In this document: positions 9,413 through 19,052 of the stretch, in pieces | Layout of the letters: the number at the start of each line of letters is the position of its first letter | Numbering within the stretch: position 1 is the stretch's first letter | NCBI GenBank assembly: GCA_963770975.1 | Contig: CAVYRM010000002.1 | Location: forward strand, 94,183-158,182 | From: an uncultured delta proteobacterium | Lineage (GTDB): Bacteria > Desulfobacterota > Deferrimicrobia > Deferrimicrobiales > Deferrimicrobiaceae | Length of the DNA stretch: 64,000 nt | Reading direction: 5' to 3' | Position numbers and translations under genes: made by a program | Notes under the pieces: model-generated | What the model was told of the DNA's origin: nothing | Databases searched by the model: none | What the model saw: only the letters and a program-made list of their open reading frames with translations

Positions 9413-10352
9413 GGCATCGAACCTCGGAGGGAAGGGTGAGGAACCATTCGTACGTCGCTGCAAGCGCCTCCCGGAGGGAGGTCGCCGGGCGCCAGCCCAT
9501 GGACGCCAATTCGCCGGCGTCGAGCGATTTCAGGGGCATGCCGTCCGGTTTCGACGGATCGAACCGGATGACCCCGCGGAACCCTACCGTCTCCCGGATC
9601 ATTTCCGCGATCTCGCCGATCGAGAAAGTCTCCCCTCCACCCGCGTTGACCGGTCCCGGCCTGTCATACCTTCCCATGAGGAATATGCAGGCGTCGGCGA
9701 GATCGTCGGCGTAGACGAACTCCCGGCGCGGTGTCCCCGTACCCCATACCTCGACGAAGGGCTTCCCCGAAACGTTCGCCTCGTGCATCTTCCGGATGAG
9801 CGCGGGAATGACGTGGCCGCTCTCCACCCGGAAATCGTCAAACGGCCCGAACGCGTTGGCCGGGAACACCGAGAAGAAATCGGCGCCGTATTGCGCGCGG
9901 TACGCAGCGCATAGGGAGACTCCCGCCAGCTTGGCCATCGCGTACGCTTCGTTGGTCGGTTCCAGCGGGCCCGACATCAGGGAGCCGACGGACATCGGCT
10001 GGGGGCACGACCTCGGGTAACTGCACGAACTGGCGAGATAGAGCAGTTTCCCGACACCGCATTTCCACGCGGCGTGGACGACCGACTCCGCGACGAGAAT
10101 GTTGTCTCTCATGAGTTCGGCCGGCCGGTCGATATTCTCCCGGATTCCTCCCGACCTGCCGGCCGCGAGAAAGACGAACTCGGGAGAATTCCTCTCGAAG
10201 AACTCCCGGGTACCGTCCCCGTCCGTGAAATCGGGGTCCGGCTCCCGCCCGTTGACGACCCCGACGTATCCCGTCGCCGACAGCCGGCGGAGGATCGCCG
10301 CTCCGATCAGGGTGTCCGACCCGGCCACGTAGATCCGGGAATCCTCCCTCAT
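9402..10352 (-). CDS. fcl: GDP-L-fucose synthase-like epimerase/reductase
   Basis: LASSCSYP, LEPTNEAYAMAK (YxxxK), HVIPALIRK, VWGTGTPRREF, KPDGMP. Confidence 0.88.
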   Translation of the reverse strand: MREDSRIYVAGSDTLIGAAILRRLSATGYVGVVNGREPDPDFTDGDGTREFFERNSPEFVFLAAGRSGGIRENIDRPAELMRDNILVAESVVHAAWKCGVGKLLYLASSCSYPRSCPQPMSVGSLMSGPLEPTNEAYAMAKLAGVSLCAAYRAQYGADFFSVFPANAFGPFDDFRVESGHVIPALIRKMHEANVSGKPFVEVWGTGTPRREFVYADDLADACIFLMGRYDRPGPVNAGGGETFSIGEIAEMIRETVGFRGVIRFDPSKPDGMPLKSLDAGELASMGWRPATSLREALAATYEWFLTLPSEVRCHAR

Positions 10353-11857
10353 CCCGCCATCTCCCGTTCGATCTTGTGACGGACCATCTCGCGGACGTGG
10401 GAGACCGTTTCTTCCCCGAACTTCCCCAGGATCATCTCCTGGTATGCGGGATTCGTGAAATAGGACTCGAACGCCCTGTCCCGGAACCGGAGGACGTCCG
10501 CCCCGGAAAGGTAGCGGGTCGGCAATGGCACGGAGTTCGAAGCATACTGGGAATAGCCCGACCAGTCCTGCGGAAGGGCCCACCGGTTTTCGACCGCCGT
10601 CCCGTAGAGCCGGGATCCCGGGTACGCCATGGCGCAGTTGAAGTTCGCCCATTCGGTGTTCAGTTCGAGCGCGAGCCGCAGCGTCGCCTCCATGCTCCCG
10701 GGATCGTCCTCCGGCAGGCCGAAGATGTAGTTGGCCCCCACGTGGATCCCCCTCGACCGGATCCTCTCGACGGCCAGGAATATCTTTTCCTGCGCGAATC
10801 CCTTGGTGGCTTCCGTGCGGACTCTTGGACTGGCGGACTCTATCCCGAGGGCAAGCCACCGGACCCCGGCACGGGCAAGCTTGTCGAGGAGAACGTCCGG
10901 AAGCGTGTCCACCCGCGCGTAGGCCCAGATGTTCAGGTCGAACCCGCGGTCGACGATCAGGTCGCAGATCCCGTTCACGTGGGCCGGGTCGAGAACGAAC
11001 AACTCGTCGGCAAACTTGATGTTCCGGACACCGTAGTCGTCCACAAGGCGCTCTATCGTGGCGATCACGGATTCGGGGCGCCATTTCCGGTAACTGTTGA
11101 CGGTCTCTTTCATCCCCATCGCCCTCTCCCCCCGTTTGAAGGGAGCGTGGATGCAGCAGAAACTGCACCGGTGCGGGCATCCGAGGGTGGTGTAGACGGC
11201 CGCGTAGGGACTCCTCGGGTATCCTCCGAAGCAGTGCCAGTTGTGCGCCCTGTATTTCCCCATCGGGAGGAGGTTCCAGGCGATCCCCGGCATATCGGAG
11301 TCGAGGTTCGCGACCAGGGGGGCCGGCTCGTTGACGCGAATTCCCCCTCCCTCCCGGTAGCGGAGTCCGCGCACCCCGCCCAGGGCGGGATTGGCGGAGG
11401 ACAGTGCGTGAAGAAGTTCGAGGACCGTGACCGGCCCCTCCCCGTCGCAGACGAAATCGGCCGACTCCTCGCTCAACGTCCTTTCGGGCAGCGCCGCCAC
11501 GTGTCCCCCGAGAAGCAGGACGTTCCGGTCGCCGTTCTTCTCCTTGATCGCCCTGCAGACGGCGCCCGCGGCGGGCATCACCGCCGTCGACGCGGAAGGG
11601 TTGTGCCCGTACACGACGACCGCGGTCAGCCGCGGATCAACGTCCTCCACCCGGTCGGCCACCTCCCCCGGGGACAGGTCCTCCGCGTTGGCGTCGAGCA
11701 CCGCGACGCCGAAACCCTTCCGGAGGATGTAGGAGGCGATCAGGCCGGCCCATACCGGCGGCTCGATCGCGGAAAGCGCCGACCCCAGCGACTGGTATAC
11801 GCTCATCCTCCCGCCGGGATTGACGAGGAGAAGATCGACCCGTCTCCTGGGGTTCAT
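10349..11857 (-). CDS. Cobalamin-binding radical SAM protein
   Basis: N-terminal B12-binding domain (LLLVNP, LGGHVAALP, GEG) and GCPHRCSFC CxxxCxxC. Confidence 0.9.
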   Translation of the reverse strand: MNPRRRVDLLLVNPGGRMSVYQSLGSALSAIEPPVWAGLIASYILRKGFGVAVLDANAEDLSPGEVADRVEDVDPRLTAVVVYGHNPSASTAVMPAAGAVCRAIKEKNGDRNVLLLGGHVAALPERTLSEESADFVCDGEGPVTVLELLHALSSANPALGGVRGLRYREGGGIRVNEPAPLVANLDSDMPGIAWNLLPMGKYRAHNWHCFGGYPRSPYAAVYTTLGCPHRCSFCCIHAPFKRGERAMGMKETVNSYRKWRPESVIATIERLVDDYGVRNIKFADELFVLDPAHVNGICDLIVDRGFDLNIWAYARVDTLPDVLLDKLARAGVRWLALGIESASPRVRTEATKGFAQEKIFLAVERIRSRGIHVGANYIFGLPEDDPGSMEATLRLALELNTEWANFNCAMAYPGSRLYGTAVENRWALPQDWSGYSQYASNSVPLPTRYLSGADVLRFRDRAFESYFTNPAYQEMILGKFGEETVSHVREMVRHKIEREMAG

Positions 11858-12555
11858 GCTCCCACCCGGACCGCGGCCGCGGCATCCTCGCCGTGGCGGA
11901 CCGTCATCAGGGAGATCCCCGTCGGTGCGGAAAACGATTCCGAGAGCCGCTTGAGGGTTGCGATGGTGACCACGTCCCCCGGGGCGAGGATATATTCGTT
12001 CGTTGCGCTCATCAGGCCGCCATCCATGACCAGTATGATTTCGGAAGGAGGGCGCGACGTGAGCGGGGTGAGATCGTCGAAGGACTCGACGACGAGGGAA
12101 GCGCCCGGGACCGGGTAGGCGGCCGGTACGCCCGTGACGGGCCTCTCGAGGGTGACGCAGTCGGATGTCATGGGGACGGCGGCCTCGGAACCCTCGTACG
12201 GCTGCTTTTCCCGCCCGTAGGGATCGTCGAGGCGGACCAGGTTTTCCTTGTCCGGTGGGCTCTCCACTTCCAGCACATGGATGCCGCCGGGAGAAATCGC
12301 CTTGGTCGAGTGGAACAGGCCTTCGCGGAGCATCAGCTTGGTCACCGCCCGGAGCTTCACCGAATCGTTCAGGAACGAGACCTGCGCCTCGCCGGACAGG
12401 AGGATATACCCGGTCTTCTTCCCCGGGTGGCAATGGAGGGAAGTCCGGGCGCCCTCGTCGATATGGAGATACCAGAGGCCGATCCGGTCGCTCTGGTACA
12501 TGAGGTACTCGTATCCCCACGGTTTCCTGACGATGATCCCCTTGTAGTCGGACAT
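11854..12555 (-). CDS. Cupin-domain protein (mannose-6-phosphate isomerase C-terminal-like)
   Basis: RKPWGYE, TSLHCHPGK, LVRLDDPYGR. Confidence 0.7.
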   Translation of the reverse strand: MSDYKGIIVRKPWGYEYLMYQSDRIGLWYLHIDEGARTSLHCHPGKKTGYILLSGEAQVSFLNDSVKLRAVTKLMLREGLFHSTKAISPGGIHVLEVESPPDKENLVRLDDPYGREKQPYEGSEAAVPMTSDCVTLERPVTGVPAAYPVPGASLVVESFDDLTPLTSRPPSEIILVMDGGLMSATNEYILAPGDVVTIATLKRLSESFSAPTGISLMTVRHGEDAAAAVRVGA

Positions 12556-12586
12556 GATCGATTCCCCGCTATCCATATTCGCGACG

Positions 12587-14326
12587 CTACATGAGCCTGT
12601 GGAGGTCGAGGATCATGAACCGCCGCCGCCAGAAGTCGGAGGCGCACAGGTATTCCGCCGCCCGCCGTTTCTCCTCCCGTGCGGCCTCGGCATTTCCCAG
12701 CTTCTCTTCCACGATTCCGAGGTACAGGGTGGCGAGCGGATTCTCCGGAACCCGCTCGCAGACGTCCCTCAGCATCCGTCGCAGCATGGCGAGCTTCACC
12801 GGCCGGTCCTCGGTCAGGATTTTTTCGTAATTCACCCGGTAGTCCATGACGAACCAGAGATCCTTCAGCTCTTCCGGCGTCGGGATCCGCCCGGGGTCCC
12901 CCGAAAACGGATCGGAGAATTCCCTGGCCACCACCTTCTCTTCCGCTTCCCGGCGGCGCTGTCCCCCCGTCGTGCCGAGGAAGAAACGGGCGTTGATGTC
13001 CTCCGGGGCCATGAGCCCCTCTTCCTCGAGTTGCCGCCGGACGCCGGTGGCGGGGAAAGGCGTCAGGATCTGGATCGGGTACCAGTCCAGGGAAAGCTCC
13101 CGGGCGAGGTCGATCGTGTCGCGGATCCGGCCCACCGTCTCTCCCCGGAATCCGAGCATCAGGAATCCCTTGGTGAAGATCCCCGGGTGGGAGTGGAGCA
13201 CTTCGGAGGCGCGGCGGTAATGATGGATGCCGCTCGGTTTCCGAACCGACCGAAGGATCTCGGGATTGCCCGACTCGATCCCGATCGTGAGGCCGATGCA
13301 GCCGGAGTCCCGCGCGGCCTCGGCGATCCCCGGAGTGATGCTGCTCGCCACCACGCCGTTCGAGGCGTCCCAGGTGATGCCGAGCCGCCGCTCCGAGATC
13401 TCCCGGAAGAGGCGAAGGGCCCGTGCCTCATCGAAGAGCAGATCGTCGTCCAGCCACATGAAGTGGGTGATCCCATGCCGTTCCTTGAGCCGGGCCATCT
13501 CGTCCACCACGGCCGGGACGCTCCGCATCCTGACCCTGCTGCCGCCGTAAAACGCCTTCACGCTGCAGAAGACGCAGCTGCCGCGGCAACCGCGGTTCGA
13601 CAACATCGTGGAGACCCTGGCATCGGCGGGGAGGATATTGTGGTACGCGCCGATCTTGCCGAGCGCGTGGTATTCCCCGATGGGGAGGTCTTCGAAATCC
13701 GGGGGTTCGTCGATTTCGGTCTCGACCCGCCGATCGTCCAGGACGACGAATTCGTCCCCGATGAGCGTCGAGACCTGACGAAGCACCTCGGGGGGCTTCC
13801 TTCCGTTCACGCGGTCGAGAAGGTCCACGAATGTGGTCTCCCCCTCGACCAGCATCACGAGATCGATATCCCGACAATCCCTCAAGACCACCTCGGGCGT
13901 CGCCGTCGGGTGCACGCCGCCCGCGACGACCGGCATCGCCCCGTTCAGCTCCTTGCATGCTCTCGCGACCGCCTTGAGGGAAGGGTGGGAAATGCTGTAC
14001 ATGCAGGAGATGGCGCAGGCCTGGGGGGCGAACCGCTCGAACCGCTCCCGGAGGACCTCTTTCCAGGTGGAGTATTCACAGGAGTTGGCGAAGACGGCAT
14101 GGTTCAGGTCGACCAGGGAAGTCGCGTACCCGCTTTTCTTCAGCTCCCTGTTGAGGATCCCGAGTCCGTACGGGGGGAAGACGGGGTATCGCTTGAGGCG
14201 GGCGACCGACGGATCGAATTCCCCTTCCGGTATCACGGGAGGATTGATGAGCAGAACCCGGGCGCACCCTTCCGGAAACAGCAGGGCCAGCCGGGCATCG
14301 ACGCGGGATCGGATCGGCTCATCCAC
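12587..14326 (-). CDS. Second cobalamin-binding radical SAM protein
   Basis: VLLINPP, PPYGLG, VAGGVHPT, RGCRGSCVFC CxxxCxxC, GIESG; GTG start is uncertain. Confidence 0.88.
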   Translation of the reverse strand: MDEPIRSRVDARLALLFPEGCARVLLINPPVIPEGEFDPSVARLKRYPVFPPYGLGILNRELKKSGYATSLVDLNHAVFANSCEYSTWKEVLRERFERFAPQACAISCMYSISHPSLKAVARACKELNGAMPVVAGGVHPTATPEVVLRDCRDIDLVMLVEGETTFVDLLDRVNGRKPPEVLRQVSTLIGDEFVVLDDRRVETEIDEPPDFEDLPIGEYHALGKIGAYHNILPADARVSTMLSNRGCRGSCVFCSVKAFYGGSRVRMRSVPAVVDEMARLKERHGITHFMWLDDDLLFDEARALRLFREISERRLGITWDASNGVVASSITPGIAEAARDSGCIGLTIGIESGNPEILRSVRKPSGIHHYRRASEVLHSHPGIFTKGFLMLGFRGETVGRIRDTIDLARELSLDWYPIQILTPFPATGVRRQLEEEGLMAPEDINARFFLGTTGGQRRREAEEKVVAREFSDPFSGDPGRIPTPEELKDLWFVMDYRVNYEKILTEDRPVKLAMLRRMLRDVCERVPENPLATLYLGIVEEKLGNAEAAREEKRRAAEYLCASDFWRRRFMILDLHRLM

Positions 14327-15245
14327 AGGCGGTTCCCCCGGAAGATCTGGAGCGAAGCAGTTTCCTGGCGGCATCGGCGATCCTTTCCGCGTCGGGGATC
14401 CGGTTCTGCAAGGGAGGACAGAGGCACTTCGTCGCGTCCGACAGGCCCATCGCCTTTACCGGCATCCCGGTGGCCCGGGTGAGCTCATACGCGATCGCCT
14501 GGGATGCGCCGGCGATTTCGTGGCCGGGATCGATCACGAGGCCGACCCCGCACCTTCGGAGGGGTTCGGTCATCCGCTCGCCGATCCCCAGGGGCTTCAG
14601 CCACAACACGTGGACGATGTTGCAGCGGATCCCCTCCGCCGCGAGGATTCCGGCCGCCTTGACCGCCTCGAAACGGGTCGCGGAAACGGGGTAGATCGTG
14701 ATCGCCGCATCGTCCGCGACCCGGTCGGCCAGCTCCTCCGCGTTGTCGAAACTCGCCCGGTGCTCGCTGACGATCATCGGATCGTCGTGGGCGAGAAAAT
14801 CGTCCCAGATCGCCTCGTACTCCTTCGGTGTCATCGGGGAGCAGACGCGGAAGCCCGGAAAATGCATGAATAGTCCATGGAGAACGCCGGAGTGGACCGG
14901 CCCGATCCCGTCGGACGCGATCGCCCGGACGAACACGGGGGTCCCTCTCCCGTGGAGCTCCTTCGACTTCGCGGCGTAGAAAATCAGGGGGCTCCCGTTC
15001 AGGACGAGAAAGTCCTGGAAGCGGATCACGAAGATCGGGCGCCTCCCGACCATCGCCGCACCGACGGCGATCCCCGCCCCCGCCACGTCCGTCATCGGAA
15101 GTTCGACGATGTTCCTGCAATCCGGAACCGTGTTGTTGACCCAGCCGACCGCACTTACGGACTGGCCGAGCAGCAGCCCGTCGTTCGTCTCGATGTGTTT
15201 CCGCGTGATCTCGCGGATCGTATCCGCCACGGTTACGGCGCCCAT
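14319..15245 (-). CDS. TPP-dependent 2-oxoacid dehydrogenase E1 beta / transketolase C-terminal-like subunit
   Basis: ELPMTDVAGAGIAVGAA, DPMIVSEHR, LWLKPL; paired with E1 alpha. Confidence 0.85.
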   Translation of the reverse strand: MGAVTVADTIREITRKHIETNDGLLLGQSVSAVGWVNNTVPDCRNIVELPMTDVAGAGIAVGAAMVGRRPIFVIRFQDFLVLNGSPLIFYAAKSKELHGRGTPVFVRAIASDGIGPVHSGVLHGLFMHFPGFRVCSPMTPKEYEAIWDDFLAHDDPMIVSEHRASFDNAEELADRVADDAAITIYPVSATRFEAVKAAGILAAEGIRCNIVHVLWLKPLGIGERMTEPLRRCGVGLVIDPGHEIAGASQAIAYELTRATGMPVKAMGLSDATKCLCPPLQNRIPDAERIADAARKLLRSRSSGGTACG

Positions 15246-16135
15246 AGGGTCTCCATCGCGTCGGCGCACTCCGTCCTCCGGGCGGCGGCTTCCGTCCCCA
15301 GGCCCAGCTTCTCCAGTTCCGATACCACGAGAGAGAACCGGTCCCACTCGGAGGGACCGTCGGTCCCGACCCCGACGTGCCAGTTCGAACGGCAAACGTG
15401 GATGTTCATGAGGGCCGGCAGGCCGTGTTTCAGCTCCCCGGCACGATCCGCGATGGTCCACGGATCGTCCGAGATCTCGACCGCCTTCATTCCGAGGGAG
15501 GCTGCAACGTCATGCAGGCGCCACGACCGCCTTTTCCCGACCGGGGTCAGGATGGACAGGTTGTTGTCCTCGCAGACGAAGAGGACCGGCAGGCGATGCG
15601 TGGCCGCGAACCCGATCGCCGCGAACACGTAATCCTCCTCCGCGGCTCCGTCGCCGAAGAAACAGACGACCGGCTTCCCGCTCCCCAGGGCCGCGCCGAC
15701 CGCCTGCGGAATGTTTTCCCCGATCAGGCCGTGGTGCCCGAACATGGTGACCCCGTTCTCGTGGCACTGGATGCAGTTGGAACCCGCCCTTCCCCCGCTG
15801 GTGCCGGTGGGAAGCCCCAGCAGCTCGTCGCGGAGTTTTTCGGGGGGGCCGCCGAAGCTCAGGTAGGTCGCATGGCAGCGATGCTGGGAGAAGATCATGA
15901 AACCCTGAAGAACCGACGACAGGGCCGCCGAGACCGCTTCCTGGCCGAGCGACAGGTACACCGGGCAGGTCACCCGTTTCTCCTTCACCGCCCGGACGAG
16001 CCCGAGTTCGAAATGCCGGCTCGTGCACATCCGGCGGAACATCTCAAGGGATTCTTCCGCCGGGAAGGAGGCGGACACGCCGGGGACCACGCCCGTCGCC
16101 GGGGACCGCAGGGTATCCATCACGGCCGGCGTCAT
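15233..16135 (-). CDS. TPP-dependent E1 alpha-like subunit
   Basis: YLSLGQEA, HRCH, FFGDGAAEE..FVCEDN TPP-binding motif. Confidence 0.88.
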   Translation of the reverse strand: MTPAVMDTLRSPATGVVPGVSASFPAEESLEMFRRMCTSRHFELGLVRAVKEKRVTCPVYLSLGQEAVSAALSSVLQGFMIFSQHRCHATYLSFGGPPEKLRDELLGLPTGTSGGRAGSNCIQCHENGVTMFGHHGLIGENIPQAVGAALGSGKPVVCFFGDGAAEEDYVFAAIGFAATHRLPVLFVCEDNNLSILTPVGKRRSWRLHDVAASLGMKAVEISDDPWTIADRAGELKHGLPALMNIHVCRSNWHVGVGTDGPSEWDRFSLVVSELEKLGLGTEAAARRTECADAMETLWAP

Positions 16136-16650
16136 TTTCCGTCGGTCCAGGCGATCACCGCCCGCATGAAATCGCCGTTGTTGTTGTAATGGGGGGACGT
16201 GATCAGGTTCCCGTCGACCACGACGGGTTCCTTGTGGCGGTAATCCGCCCCCGAATTCCGGACGTCCGCCTCGATGCTCCAGTACGCCGTCATCCTTCTT
16301 CCCCGCGTGATCCCGGCGGATATCAGCACCCAGGGACCGTGGCAGATCGCGGCGACCAGCTTCTTGCGCGCGTCCATTTCACGCACGAACTCCAGCACCT
16401 CCGGCAGAAGGCGCACGCGGTCCGGCGCCTCGAAACCGCCGGGGAGAAGGACCAGGTCGTAGTCGTCCGCCTTCAGATCCACGGTGTCGATCGTGGGCCG
16501 GGCGGGGACGCCGAACTTTCCGTGCACCGGCGCCTTCCCTTTCGTCGCCACGTCCACCACGAACCCGGCTTCGAGCAGCCGATAATACGGGTACACGAAT
16601 TCCTCGTCCTGGAATCCCTGCGCAGTGATGATGACGGCCTTTCTCGCCAT
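16132..16650 (-). CDS. DJ-1/PfpI family protein
   Basis: GFQDEE, LPGG, AAICHGP nucleophile elbow, VVVDGNLITS. Confidence 0.88.
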   Translation of the reverse strand: MARKAVIITAQGFQDEEFVYPYYRLLEAGFVVDVATKGKAPVHGKFGVPARPTIDTVDLKADDYDLVLLPGGFEAPDRVRLLPEVLEFVREMDARKKLVAAICHGPWVLISAGITRGRRMTAYWSIEADVRNSGADYRHKEPVVVDGNLITSPHYNNNGDFMRAVIAWTDGK

Positions 16651-16683
16651 GTTCCTCCCCCGGTCGTTCCGGCGAAGCGGATC

Positions 16684-18243
16684 TCAGAGAGAGAGCTTGC
16701 CCGCGGTCCAGATCTGGAATTGCCTCTGCCCCGCGATCTCGGGGCAACTGCGCTCTCCGGAGGCGACCGCGACCGCCTTCTCGTACAGTTCGCTTCCGTA
16801 CCGCTCCATCGCCGCTTCCGGGTCCCTTTTCCCGATCAGGCGGCCCGCGTCGAAGTCGATGTCTTCCGGCATCCGCTCGAACAAGCCGGTCGTCGAGGAG
16901 ATCTTGACGACGGGAACGAGCGCGCATCCCGTGACGGTGCCCCTGCCGGTGGAAAAGCAGATCAGGTTGACTCCCGAGGCGGCGAGTCCGGTGACCGATT
17001 CGAGGTCGTTCCCCGGCCCCTGCATGATGCTCAGACCCCGCCGGCGGACCTTCTCTCCGTACCCGAGGAAATCCTCGATGGCGGTCGTCCCGCCTTTCAT
17101 GACGGCGCCGATGCTCTTGATCGCCGGATTGAGGAGCCCCCCGGCGCGGTTCTCCGGAACGAGGTTGTCGCGCAGGACGGCTCCCATGCGGAGAGCCATC
17201 GAACGGTACCAGCGGACCCCTTCCCGGTACTTCTCCAGGACGGCCCGGTTCCGCATCCTCGGGTACAGGAGCGCCTCCGCCCCGACCGTTTCGGGGATCT
17301 CCGAAAGGACCGCGGACCCGCCGGAGCCGATCACCTTGTCGACGAATTTCCCGATGACGCGGTTCGCCGTGATCCCGGAGAAGGCATCGGACGCCCCGCA
17401 CTCCACCCCGATCACCAGTTTTCCGACCGGGCAGGGCGTCCGCCGCATCCGACGTACTTCCCGGAGCATCCGGTTCACCCGGGAAACCCCCTCCCGGACC
17501 GCCCTCCGCGATCCCCCGGCGGACTGGATCGTCAGCCAGTCCATAGGTTTCCCCGGCCCGCCCGCCGCAACCAGCGGCTTGAGGGAGCGTTCGACCGCCG
17601 CGCGGTTGGTCTGTTCGCAGCCGAGATCCACGAGGAGCGCTCCCGCGACGTTGGGATTCCGGAGGATATTCTTCAACACCAGGAGAACCCGCTCGATCTG
17701 CCCTCCCCCGGCGCACCCGCATCCCTCGCCGTGGGGAAGCGCCACGACACCGTCGAAACGCGAGAAATCCCGGACCTCCCGGACGGTCGAGGCGATCCGG
17801 CATGCGGTTTCGCTCGCGCACATCGACGTCGGCAGGACGACGAGGTAATTTCTCGTCCCGCAGCTTCCATCCGCCCGACGGAAACCGGAAAACGAGCGGT
17901 CCGCATCCTTCCGCCGGGTTTTCCGGGGCGGATGGAACGCAGCGGTCGTCACGCTCTCCGCGGGCACCGCATCGCTCGCATTGGAGGAGGTGATCTTCTC
18001 CCCGGCCTTGAGCCCCTTCGACGTCGCAAACGGAATTCCGAACTGTACCAGCGGTTTCCCCCGGCCGATTCCGGCCAACGAGATCCTGTCCCCGGCGATC
18101 ATCGACTGGCGCACGACGACGCGGACACCGTCTCCGATGGAGAGCAGGATCCCCCGCCGAACCGGCCGATGGATCACCGCGACGTTGTCGCGGACCCGGT
18201 CCGCGATGACGGCCGCCTCGTGAAGTCTCCGCTCCCGCCTCAT
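16684..18243 (-). CDS. UxaA/GarD-family sugar-acid (altronate-like) dehydratase with SAF domain
   Basis: DNVAV, GTRNY, HGEGCG, LGCE, ECGASD, FSTGRG, DIDFDAG. Confidence 0.87.
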   Translation of the reverse strand: MRRERRLHEAAVIADRVRDNVAVIHRPVRRGILLSIGDGVRVVVRQSMIAGDRISLAGIGRGKPLVQFGIPFATSKGLKAGEKITSSNASDAVPAESVTTAAFHPPRKTRRKDADRSFSGFRRADGSCGTRNYLVVLPTSMCASETACRIASTVREVRDFSRFDGVVALPHGEGCGCAGGGQIERVLLVLKNILRNPNVAGALLVDLGCEQTNRAAVERSLKPLVAAGGPGKPMDWLTIQSAGGSRRAVREGVSRVNRMLREVRRMRRTPCPVGKLVIGVECGASDAFSGITANRVIGKFVDKVIGSGGSAVLSEIPETVGAEALLYPRMRNRAVLEKYREGVRWYRSMALRMGAVLRDNLVPENRAGGLLNPAIKSIGAVMKGGTTAIEDFLGYGEKVRRRGLSIMQGPGNDLESVTGLAASGVNLICFSTGRGTVTGCALVPVVKISSTTGLFERMPEDIDFDAGRLIGKRDPEAAMERYGSELYEKAVAVASGERSCPEIAGQRQFQIWTAGKLSL

Positions 18244-19049
18244 AAGGACCCTCGCGCCATCCCGGCCATCCGTTCCCGTCCGGAGAAGTTCCGGAAGCCG
18301 CGCACCTCCTCCCGGGATTCCGGGCAAGGGGCGGTCGAAGGGGAAAGCAGGATGGACGGGGAACCGAACGCCCGCGCCGCGGCGATGTCGCTCTCGACGG
18401 AATCGCCGATCACGAGGATCTCGCCGGGAGCAAGCCCGTGATCCCGGGACATCCGCTCGAGAAGGTAGGGGTTCGGCTTTCCCACGACCACGTCCGGAGC
18501 CTTCCCGAGCAGTTTCTCGACGATATCGACCATCAGCCCGCACCCGGGGAGAAGCCGCCCTCCCTCCACCGGATAGAAGAGGTCCCGGTTGCAGGCGATG
18601 AAATGGATGTCCGTCCCGCGGAACGCGACGAGGTCGGAAATCCTCCCGTAGGTGAGCTCCTTGTCGAGCCCGACGACGAGCGCTTCCGCCTCGAAGGGCC
18701 GGTCCGTGACGGCGACGCCGTTCGAGCGGATCTCGCCGGCGAGGCCGGGGCTGCCCAGGCAGTACACGGTCCGGAATCCCTTGTCGAACGCGTACGCGCC
18801 GGCCGCGAGGGAGGACGAATAGACTTCCTCGGGGGACAGCTCGATGCCGAGGGCCGAAAGTTTCCAGAAGATCTCGCTCCTCGAAGCCGCGCTGGAGTTG
18901 GTGCAGTAAAGGACCCGGATGCCCGACTCCTTCAGTCGGCCGACGAACTCGAGCGTCCCGGGAACGACCTGGTTTCCCATGCAGATCGTTCCGTCCAGGT
19001 CGAACGCGACCGCCTTGATGCTACCGGTGTCCATGCGCTCCGCCTTCAC
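18240..19049 (-). CDS. HAD-IIA (NagD-like) phosphatase
   Basis: FDLDGT, TNSS, VGKP, VIGDSVESDI. Confidence 0.88.
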   Translation of the reverse strand: MKAERMDTGSIKAVAFDLDGTICMGNQVVPGTLEFVGRLKESGIRVLYCTNSSAASRSEIFWKLSALGIELSPEEVYSSSLAAGAYAFDKGFRTVYCLGSPGLAGEIRSNGVAVTDRPFEAEALVVGLDKELTYGRISDLVAFRGTDIHFIACNRDLFYPVEGGRLLPGCGLMVDIVEKLLGKAPDVVVGKPNPYLLERMSRDHGLAPGEILVIGDSVESDIAAARAFGSPSILLSPSTAPCPESREEVRGFRNFSGRERMAGMARGSL

Positions 19050-19052
19050 GAC

